Of a stretch of 62,280 nucleotides of DNA, positions 55,266 through 62,280 are shown in pieces (position 1 is the stretch's first letter; each line of letters opens with the position of its first letter). The notes under the pieces were generated by a model. It was not told where the DNA came from. It did no database searches and saw nothing but the letters and a program-made list of their open reading frames with translations. The translations under genes were made by a program, and so were the position numbers. This stretch comes from Candidatus Yonathbacteria bacterium RIFCSPLOWO2_01_FULL_43_27 (GTDB lineage: Bacteria; Patescibacteriota; Minisyncoccia; Phycocordibacterales; UBA1550): contig MHUV01000001.1 in assembly GCA_001823545.1 (NCBI GenBank), positions 37,849 to 100,128 on the forward strand, in the 5' to 3' direction.

Positions 55266-57095
55266 ATGTTGGATTTTTTTACCAAAAAACAAGATTCTCT
55301 CCAAAAGGAAAACACCATCCCTGTTCTTCCTCAAGAGTTATATAGCGATACGGGATTAAACCTCGCAGATATTATCGCACCCTCGGCGGTAAAGGTTAAT
55401 TCTAAGCACCTTAACTTAGGTGAAAAGGTGGTGCGTTCGTTTTTTGTGACGTCGTACCCAAGCGTGCTTACGGATAATTGGCTTACCCCGCTCATTAATC
55501 TTGATAAAATTTTCGATATTTCAATTTATATTCATCCTGTCGATACAGCGGAAATAATGAAAAAGTTTGAGAAGAAGGTAGCCGAGGTTCAAAGTCAAAT
55601 AAGTGTGCGTGAAGAAAAAGGGTTTGTGCGCGACCCTATGCTTGAGGGTGCTTACCGCGACCTCGAAGATCTGCGTGATCGTCTGCAACAAGCACAAGAA
55701 AAAATGTTTGACGTTGGGTTGTATCTCTCGCTCTATGCAGATTCAGAGGAAGAGCTCGGTCATATTGAGGCAGAAATTAAATCAATGCTTGAGTCACGCT
55801 TGATTTATCTTCGCCCTGCATTATTTCAGCAAGAGACAGCCTTTCAAAGCATCCTTCCACTCAATGACGACAAGATTGAGGTTACCAAGAAAATTAATTC
55901 AGAACCACTTTCAAGCTTTTTTCCATTTGTGTCGTTTGACCTTACTTCAGACAAGGGTATTTTATACGGTATTAATCGCCATAATTCCTCGCTTGTTCTG
56001 TTCGACCGCTTTTCACTCGAAAACTATAACTCGTTGACGTTTGCAAAGTCTGGTTCTGGAAAGTCATATGCAACAAAACTTGAGATCTTGCGTAGTTTGA
56101 TGTTTGATACTGACGTTATTGTGATCGACCCCGAGCGTGAATATGAATCAATGGCAGAAGCGGTAGGCGGGCGCTATTTCAATATCTCGCTCAATTCCAC
56201 GCACCATATCAATCCATTTGATCTTCCCGTACCTCGCGAAGATGAATCTCCTGCGGACGTGCTTCGCTCTAACGTTATTTTGCTCGTAGGACTTTTCCGT
56301 TTAATGCTCGGTGGTTTAACAAGTGAGGAGGATGCGATCGTTGATCGTGCAATTTCAGAAACCTATGCACTCAAAGACATTACACCAGACTCTGATTTTA
56401 CGGCAATCGAACCACCGCTTCTTTCGGATTTTGAAATGGTGCTTTCTGGTATGGAAGGAGCAGAATCAATCCTTACACGACTTACCAAATACACGCGTGG
56501 TTCATGGGCGGGATTTTTGAATCAACCTTCTAATGTTGATATTAATCGTAAGTTTATTGTATTTTCAGTTCGTGATATGGAGGACGATTTGAAGCCGGTG
56601 GCGATGTATATCGTGATGCACTTTATTTGGAACGCAATTCGTCGCACCTTGCGCAAGAGACTTTTAGTGGTGGATGAGGCGTGGTGGATGATGAAATCAG
56701 AGGATACTGCAAGTTTCTTGTATGCGCTCGCAAAACGCGGACGCAAATACTATTTAGGTGTTTCAACTATTACGCAAGACGTTAATGATTTCTTAAAATC
56801 TCCGTATGGTCTCCCTATTATGACCAACTCGTCTATTCAACTTCTCCTCAAGCAATCACCCACCAATATCGACGCCGTACAAAAAGCATTTAATTTAACT
56901 GACGAGGAAAAATTTCTCCTTTTGGAATCAGGTGTGGGGGAGGGAATCTTTTTTGCAGGGATGAAACACGTTGCGATTAAGACTATTGCTTCCTATACAG
57001 AAGATCAAATTATTACGTCTGATCCCTCGCAACTTCTTGCGATCAAAAAAGCAAAACGTGAATTATCGGAAGCGGAAGACGGCGGTAAGGCATAG
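55266..57095 (+). CDS. VirB4/TraC/TrsE-family type IV secretion ATPase
   Basis: Walker A FAKSGSGKSYATK, Walker B LLVVDEAWWMM, typical N-terminal region VRSFFVTSYPSVLTDNWL. Confidence 0.85.
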   Translation: MLDFFTKKQDSLQKENTIPVLPQELYSDTGLNLADIIAPSAVKVNSKHLNLGEKVVRSFFVTSYPSVLTDNWLTPLINLDKIFDISIYIHPVDTAEIMKKFEKKVAEVQSQISVREEKGFVRDPMLEGAYRDLEDLRDRLQQAQEKMFDVGLYLSLYADSEEELGHIEAEIKSMLESRLIYLRPALFQQETAFQSILPLNDDKIEVTKKINSEPLSSFFPFVSFDLTSDKGILYGINRHNSSLVLFDRFSLENYNSLTFAKSGSGKSYATKLEILRSLMFDTDVIVIDPEREYESMAEAVGGRYFNISLNSTHHINPFDLPVPREDESPADVLRSNVILLVGLFRLMLGGLTSEEDAIVDRAISETYALKDITPDSDFTAIEPPLLSDFEMVLSGMEGAESILTRLTKYTRGSWAGFLNQPSNVDINRKFIVFSVRDMEDDLKPVAMYIVMHFIWNAIRRTLRKRLLVVDEAWWMMKSEDTASFLYALAKRGRKYYLGVSTITQDVNDFLKSPYGLPIMTNSSIQLLLKQSPTNIDAVQKAFNLTDEEKFLLLESGVGEGIFFAGMKHVAIKTIASYTEDQIITSDPSQLLAIKKAKRELSEAEDGGKA

Positions 57096-57131
57096 TTGTT
57101 AATTGTTGGCGAACCGCGGTATACTATCATT

Positions 57132-58229
57132 ATGAAACTTAGGCACATCCTAATTTTATCCCTCTGTTCTTTTTTGCCGATGTTTGTGTTTGCAGCAGCT
57201 ACAACAACAATGGGTCGTACCGTAGAAGAGGACCAACTCATTAAGGGTCTTCAGGATCAAGTGAGCAACCTCTTGAGTCCGAAACATATTCGTCAAAACG
57301 CTATCGCAGAATATCTCAAAGTCTCTACAAGTCCTCAGAGTCCAAAACCCGGCGAGACGGTGCGCGTAACCATTGAAAGTTACCTTTCGGATTTAAGTAG
57401 GGCAACCATCACGTGGTCGGTAAATAATAAAATTATCGAGAAGGGGATTGATAAAACCTCGTTTTCTTTTAAAGTCGGACCTTCCGGAGGATCGACACGT
57501 CTCGGTGTGCTGATTGTGACTAATGAGGGAGAAGAAGTGTATAAGGAATATAGTTTTAATCCACTTGGACTTACGATACTTTGGGAGGCTGATACCTATA
57601 CGCCACCTTTTTATAAAGGAAAACCTCTTGCTACTTATCAGTCGCATGTTCGTGCCGTGGTTATTCCTGACGCGGTAAAGGCAGGAGGAGCCTTTGATAC
57701 CAGCGCTCTTTCGTATACTTGGAAGCAAAATGGTTATGCGATACCCGAGGCTTCGGGATATGGGAAAAACTCATATACTTTTACCGCACCACGTCCTTAT
57801 GAAGAAACAAGAGTTGGCGTGAGCGCATCACCCTTAAAAGAAGGAGCGCGTTCTGAGTTTGCGCTCAATCTCCCCATTACGAACCCGTTCATTTTTTTCT
57901 ACGAGGTACATCCACTGCTTGGGGTGAGATACGAGAGACCTCTTGGTAGCGAAGTTGCGCTTTCTCAAAAAGATATTTCACTACGCGCAGAGCCATTCTT
58001 TTTTTCGAATGGAAAAAATGAAGCAGAGTCAATTTCATACACATGGGCGCTCAATGGTAAAACCATCGTTAATCCAGGGCGCGCGATTACATTGCGAAAT
58101 ACTGAGGGTATAAAAGGAGAGTCGCAACTTTCCCTTGGTATGTACGGAATTAAAAAAACATTTCAATCTGCAAGTCAGATGATTAGGCTTAAGTTTGATG
58201 AAGAAAGTGCGGGGGTGCCAACGTTCTAG
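57132..58229 (+). CDS. secreted hypothetical protein
   Basis: Signal peptide MKLRHILILSLCSFLPMFVFAAA. Confidence 0.55.
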   Translation: MKLRHILILSLCSFLPMFVFAAATTTMGRTVEEDQLIKGLQDQVSNLLSPKHIRQNAIAEYLKVSTSPQSPKPGETVRVTIESYLSDLSRATITWSVNNKIIEKGIDKTSFSFKVGPSGGSTRLGVLIVTNEGEEVYKEYSFNPLGLTILWEADTYTPPFYKGKPLATYQSHVRAVVIPDAVKAGGAFDTSALSYTWKQNGYAIPEASGYGKNSYTFTAPRPYEETRVGVSASPLKEGARSEFALNLPITNPFIFFYEVHPLLGVRYERPLGSEVALSQKDISLRAEPFFFSNGKNEAESISYTWALNGKTIVNPGRAITLRNTEGIKGESQLSLGMYGIKKTFQSASQMIRLKFDEESAGVPTF

Positions 58230-58267
58230 TTTCGGGGTGTTCTGTTTTTTTGATATAATATACCCAT

Positions 58268-59170
58268 ATGTTTTTTTCTAAATATTTTTCCGCAGCACTT
58301 GCACTTGCATCGATCATTTTTTTTAGTGGAACACTCGTTGCAGTCGCTGCTAATACGATGGATATTCCGTATACCGCACTCGCCCCACTCCCCCTTGGTG
58401 AAGGAGGTACCATGCTCAAGACGTACACCATTTCCACGTATCTTTCAGGAATGTTCAAGCTTATCATTGCGCTTGGCGCCGCATTTGCCGTGCTCATGGG
58501 GATTACGGGTGGTATCCAATATGTTGCTTCAGGTATTGCACCGGCAGCACGAAAAGGAGCAAAAGAGCGCATCACGAATGCTTTGCTAGGTCTTGTGATT
58601 ATTCTTACGTCCTATCTTATTTTGAATACCATTGACCCTAAATTGGTTGCGTTTAATTTCGGTCTCCCCCCTATTGAGGGAACACGCGCTGTCGCCTTGA
58701 CGCCACTTGAGTTATTGGGGTTTGGAACCACGAGCGAGAGATGGTGTGTGCCACCACAAACAGGTACAGCATGGCCTAGTGATGCATATGAAAGAGGGGT
58801 TTTATATAAAAAAAACATCCTTGTGAATAAAGCTAATTGTACTGCTGTTGGTGCAAGTGGTTGTACAAGCGTCTGTGGTCTCAAACCTGATGTTATTGAT
58901 GCACTTGGAGAGCTTAAAAAAAATTGTGATAACAAAATGGGGAAAATGTGTGCTGTTTGGGTTACAGGGGCCACAGAACATTGGTTGCATAAATCTCATA
59001 ACAACAACCGCAATGTGGACTTGGGGATGAGCCAAACGTTTGATGCATATGTTAGAAAATCGATATACCTAGGGACAGGACATAGTTGTGGAATTTATAG
59101 TGCTCCTCATTGGTCTGTTGATTCACACATTTTTGTTGACGAAGGAGATCACTGGCATACGTGCTTTTAA
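58268..59170 (+). CDS. T4SS pilin-like (TrbC/VirB2-type) membrane domain fused to a putative LAS-family zinc peptidase domain
   Basis: Signal plus two TM helices (LIIALGAAFAVLMGITGGIQYV, ALLGLVIILTSYLILNTIDP). C-terminal SHNNNRNVDLG and EGDHWH resemble the SxHxxxxxxD...ExxH (peptidase M15/VanY) pattern. Confidence 0.5.
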   Translation: MFFSKYFSAALALASIIFFSGTLVAVAANTMDIPYTALAPLPLGEGGTMLKTYTISTYLSGMFKLIIALGAAFAVLMGITGGIQYVASGIAPAARKGAKERITNALLGLVIILTSYLILNTIDPKLVAFNFGLPPIEGTRAVALTPLELLGFGTTSERWCVPPQTGTAWPSDAYERGVLYKKNILVNKANCTAVGASGCTSVCGLKPDVIDALGELKKNCDNKMGKMCAVWVTGATEHWLHKSHNNNRNVDLGMSQTFDAYVRKSIYLGTGHSCGIYSAPHWSVDSHIFVDEGDHWHTCF

Positions 59171-59190
59171 TGTTCCGAATACACACTTTT

Positions 59191-60537
59191 ATGAACCGCA
59201 AACAAATCATCATTCTCGTTGTCGTAGGAGTACTTCTAGCTCTTAGTACTATTGGGCTGTTGTTATACACAACAAAATCACCAATACTTCAGATGGTTGG
59301 ACTTTTCCCTGGAGAAGGGCAATTCGTTACACCGGGTGAAAACAGTGAAGGCGGTGAAGAAACAAATATTCCTATTTTTGTTCCCGGCGAAGGTGAGGAG
59401 GGTGATTATACACGACTCTATGAGCTTCATAAGGCACCGGTTGCAGGTGTCGGGTTTTTTGAAGTGAAGGGAGTTACTGCAAAGATCGGTAAAGCAAAAA
59501 CTTCATCAACGGTAACCCCACGCATTCTTTCCGCACGTTATATCGAGCGCGGACTCGGGCATATTTACGAGACGTCCCTTGCAACTTTTAGTGAAGCGCG
59601 CATTGTGAATGAAACACGCCCACGTATTGCCGAGGCATTTTTTGGCAACAATAGCAAAAGTGTTGCCGTTCGTTATCTTGAAGAAGAATACGGAAATGAA
59701 TTAATTGAGTCCCGCGTTCTTGCGCTCGGAACGGCCACTTCTTCATCTGGGTTTTATAAGACAGAAGAAGTAGTGCTTCCCAAATCCGTTCCCTTTATGG
59801 CTGCTGCCGAGGATGGTATAGATAAATTCTTTTATCTTATAAATGGCTCAGACGCTGCTTCGGGAACACTCGTTACCTCGAAGGGCGTAAAGGCAGGGGT
59901 CTTTTCATCAGCATTTACAGAATGGATTCCACAATTTCCTCATCAAAATCTTGTTACGCTTACGACGCGCCCCTCAGGAAACGTTCCAGGGTATCTGTTC
60001 TTCTTGGATACTACCACTAAAGCTCTCACGAGAGTTTTGGATGGTGTAAATGGGCTAACGACCAACACCAATCGCAATGGAAAGCTTGTTGCCTATACTG
60101 AAACGAAAGAGCGTGTACCAGAATTATTTGTGTTTGATGTAGTAAAAAAGGAATCACGAGGGCTCTTTAAACAAACGCTTCCTGAAAAATGCGCATGGAG
60201 TATAAAGGAAACAAATATTATCTATTGTGCGGTACCGCAAAAGATTTCCCCCGCAGTCTATCCCGATCAGTGGTACCGTGGAACTGTTTCGTTCTCTGAT
60301 AGTCTTTGGAAAATAGATACCACTACATCGTTTGCAGAAAAAATATTAGTTCCTTCTGAGTACCGTGTTTCAGAGCTCGATATCATCAACCCCGTACTCT
60401 CGTCTGATGATTCGTACATTCTTTTCATAAATAAGAAAACGGGTACGCCGTGGATATATCGTATTGTAGAGAAATCTCCTTTTGAAAATACTATCGCAAC
60501 TACCGCAACTTCTTCCGCTAAGATATTAGTGCAATAG
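59191..60537 (+). CDS. membrane-anchored hypothetical protein
   Basis: ATG at 59191 (MNRKQIIILVVVGVLLALSTIGLLLY). Large extracytoplasmic domain. Confidence 0.55.
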   Translation: MNRKQIIILVVVGVLLALSTIGLLLYTTKSPILQMVGLFPGEGQFVTPGENSEGGEETNIPIFVPGEGEEGDYTRLYELHKAPVAGVGFFEVKGVTAKIGKAKTSSTVTPRILSARYIERGLGHIYETSLATFSEARIVNETRPRIAEAFFGNNSKSVAVRYLEEEYGNELIESRVLALGTATSSSGFYKTEEVVLPKSVPFMAAAEDGIDKFFYLINGSDAASGTLVTSKGVKAGVFSSAFTEWIPQFPHQNLVTLTTRPSGNVPGYLFFLDTTTKALTRVLDGVNGLTTNTNRNGKLVAYTETKERVPELFVFDVVKKESRGLFKQTLPEKCAWSIKETNIIYCAVPQKISPAVYPDQWYRGTVSFSDSLWKIDTTTSFAEKILVPSEYRVSELDIINPVLSSDDSYILFINKKTGTPWIYRIVEKSPFENTIATTATSSAKILVQ

Positions 60538-60608
60538 GGGAGAGAATGGTATTACAAATAGGTACAAAAAAACCGTACGCAGTGTACGGTTTTTGGTTAT
60601 TTCTTTGC

Positions 60609-61370
60609 TTAGTTTGAAACTTCCGTAATATGAACCGCTTTTCGTTTTACATAGAGTTCGTGAACGATTGAAAAGAGATTGCTGGTTGCCCAGTAGAGCG
60701 CAACCGCTGCCGAGAGGGAATACGAAACACCAAACACGATTACAGGGAGCACAAAACGCATTTGTGTATTGAGGCTTTTGCTAAATTCGTTTTTGAAAGA
60801 AGGTTTTGCGTCGGCGTCAGCTTTAACGGGAGGGGGTAGTGAGAGTTTGATTTGGAAGAATTGTGTAGCTCCAGCAATGAGCGCGAAGAGAATATTCTTT
60901 TTTGCTGCAAGAGAAAAACCGAGGAACATCATATTGAGTGCTTCTACGGGTGCATGCACAAATGAATACAAGCTTTCAATTCGTAAGTTTGGAAGACCCT
61001 TAAAAAATACAAAATAAAGCGCAAAGATGATGGGGAGTTGGATTAATACCAATACAAGACCAGAAAATGGATTGATGCCGTGCGTGCGGTAAAGTTCCAT
61101 TATTTTGCGTGCCTGTTCTTGTTTGTTGTCTTTGTGCTCCTCTTTTAATTTTTCAATATGAGGGGCAACACTGCGGATCTTGGATTGAGAAACGATTGAT
61201 TTGTGGGAAAGGGGGAGAAGTGCGCTCCTCACAAGGAGGGTGAGAAGGATGATTGCGACACCGACACTTTCTCCGGGGACGACATTAATAATGAAAACCA
61301 ATGCATTGTAAAGCGGTTGATAAAAAATGGTAAAAAAAAGTCCTGATTGCATAATATAATATGGTAGCAC
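60609..61370 (-). CDS. yidC: YidC/Oxa1-family membrane protein insertase (short form)
   Basis: Five TM segments, LPLSHKSIVSQSKIRSVAPHIEKLKEEHKDNKQE...HGINPFSG, located next to rnpA. Confidence 0.85.
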   Translation of the reverse strand: MLPYYIMQSGLFFTIFYQPLYNALVFIINVVPGESVGVAIILLTLLVRSALLPLSHKSIVSQSKIRSVAPHIEKLKEEHKDNKQEQARKIMELYRTHGINPFSGLVLVLIQLPIIFALYFVFFKGLPNLRIESLYSFVHAPVEALNMMFLGFSLAAKKNILFALIAGATQFFQIKLSLPPPVKADADAKPSFKNEFSKSLNTQMRFVLPVIVFGVSYSLSAAVALYWATSNLFSIVHELYVKRKAVHITEVSN

Positions 61371-61394
61371 AGAGGCTTGGTAAAAACTAGTTAA

Positions 61395-61575
61395 AGAGCC
61401 TATCCACTATCTCATACCTAGTCAAAATCTTCAAATTTCGAGCGAAAATCATACAATCCGACGAAGCTCGAGATATTCTGAGGAGGAGTGGATGATTTGC
61501 AGCCGAAATTTGAAGATCTTGGCAGGCAAGCCGTATTTTTCGCCTCCTTTTGCGGTGAGATAGTGAATAGGCTCT
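61395..61575. repeat. ~180-nt nested inverted repeat (long imperfect hairpin) between yidC and rnpA
   Basis: Outer arms agagcctatccactatctca / tgagatagtgaataggctct (19/20). Inner arms aaaatcttcaaatttcg (61424-61440) / cgaaatttgaagatctt (61504-61520). Confidence 0.7.
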
Positions 61576-61584
61576 AGTGAGTTT

Positions 61585-61917
61585 TTAGTGTACCTGTGCT
61601 TTATGAAGTGCGTGTATTATTTCAGATTTTAATACATCAAACGATGCGTCCAATGCTTCAGTTTTAGGGTAAAAAACAATCGTTGCACCGTGAGAAAATT
61701 TCCCAAGGTACTGTTCTATGATTGCGTAAAAATGACGGCGAACGCTGTTGCGGGCCACTGCTTTTGGTGCAGTTTTTTTAGAAACAACTACGGAAACATT
61801 CACTCCTTTTTCTTTTGGGTAAATAACCGCTGAAAAAAGTGGAGAAAAAACACGAATTCCCTGTTTGGAATAAACAGGGAATTCTTTTCTTGATATACGA
61901 TTTTTCCGAGGAAGCAT
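61585..61917 (-). CDS. rnpA: ribonuclease P protein component
   Basis: MLPRKNRISRKEF..., basic 110-aa protein immediately downstream of rpmH. Confidence 0.85.
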   Translation of the reverse strand: MLPRKNRISRKEFPVYSKQGIRVFSPLFSAVIYPKEKGVNVSVVVSKKTAPKAVARNSVRRHFYAIIEQYLGKFSHGATIVFYPKTEALDASFDVLKSEIIHALHKAQVH

Positions 61918-62009
61918 AAAGTTTGTAGCTGTCGGGAGAAGAAGGGATGTAGTAAGAATGTGTTCTTGTTACATCTTGCATACACAGGTAACAATATCCA
62001 CCGTTGTTA

Positions 62010-62147
62010 TTAAACGGTTGATAATTTCTTGCGACCCTTTTGGCGACGTGCCTTGATGATATTGCGTCCGTTTTTGGTTGCACTACGTACAAGGAAGCCG
62101 TGGGTTGTTGCGCGCTTCTTTTTCTTTGGTTGGTATGTTTGTGACAT
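62010..62147 (-). CDS. rpmH: 50S ribosomal protein L34 (below ORF-track cutoff)
   Basis: Minus strand translates to [45 protein letters not shown]. Confidence 0.9.
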   Translation of the reverse strand: MSQTYQPKKKKRATTHGFLVRSATKNGRNIIKARRQKGRKKLSTV

Positions 62148-62182
62148 AATGAGCTATTATACATAAAATAAACAAAAAGTCT

Positions 62183-62247
62183 ATTAGCGACGTAGAGCGA
62201 GCGAAGTGGATGAGTACCCTCATCAACTTCCGAGCCGAGGAGCTAAT
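62183..62247 (+). repeat. R-element copy 4
   Basis: attagcgacgtagagcgag-cGAAGTGGATGAGtaccCTCATCAACTTC-cgagccgaggagctaat. Confidence 0.75.
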
Positions 62248-62264
62248 ATGAGACGAAGTGCTCT

Positions 62265-62280
62265 TATAGCGACGTAGAGC
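62265..62280 (+). repeat. start of R-element copy 5 (cut by window end)
   Basis: tatagcgacgtagagc. Confidence 0.5.

Noticed and set aside
61778-62164. 128-aa ORF on the minus strand overlapping the rnpA start and the rpmH region
   Set aside because: It overlaps the clear L34 coding sequence (62010..62147) in a different frame and overlaps rnpA. It is spurious.
1-62280. Alternative genetic code (UGA recoding, as in some CPR lineages)
   Set aside because: All recognisable genes are full length with the standard code, and TGA is used as a functional stop, for example in the ATGA overlaps at 311-314 and 1155-1158.

Overview
The window looks like a streamlined, gene-dense bacterial chromosome, most likely a CPR/Patescibacteria (Parcubacteria-like) organism. 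That assignment is inference, from several class-III-signal pilins, a PilB ATPase, ComEC, a VirB4/PrgI-type module, many lineage-specific secreted proteins and almost no biosynthesis genes. The standard genetic code appears to apply, because TGA is used as a stop. The window spans the replication origin: rpmH-rnpA-yidC on the minus strand at 60.6-62.1 kb, and dnaA-dnaN on the plus strand at 50.0-52.7 kb with DnaA-box clusters. Recognisable housekeeping genes are pyrF (frame-disrupted), comEC, rnhA, recJ, a HIT protein, rsmE, clpP, rny, hup, a double-REC response regulator, rel, holA, polA, tsaE, pilB/gspE, ruvB, rpsT, xerC/D, xth, cca and yraN. There are five tRNA genes: Arg-GCG, Gly-UCC, Arg-UCG, Gly-GCC and Pro-UGG. 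None of them encodes a 3' CCA. The most unusual signal is noncoding. Four of the five tRNA genes are followed, on the opposite strand and 3' end to 3' end, by a copy of that tRNA's own 3'-terminal ~13-22 nt. In the complete copies a 12-14 bp helix closes the element, and its sequence equals that tRNA's acceptor stem plus T stem. The result resembles a tRNA minihelix carrying a 90-150 nt structured insert. The insert core is shared between loci and shows compensatory base changes. Other notable items: (1) a second dispersed repeat family (ATTAGCGACGTAGAGCGAG-hairpin-CGAGCCGAGGAGCTAAT, 5 copies) with a covarying central hairpin; (2) four tandem self-contained paralog cassettes, each with a consensus promoter, a two-TM protein and a terminator; (3) an island of orphan secreted and cell-surface proteins at 27.7-34.8 kb; (4) a T4SS-like module inserted between dnaN and yidC. 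All coordinates were read by eye from the sequence. No searches or folding programs were run.
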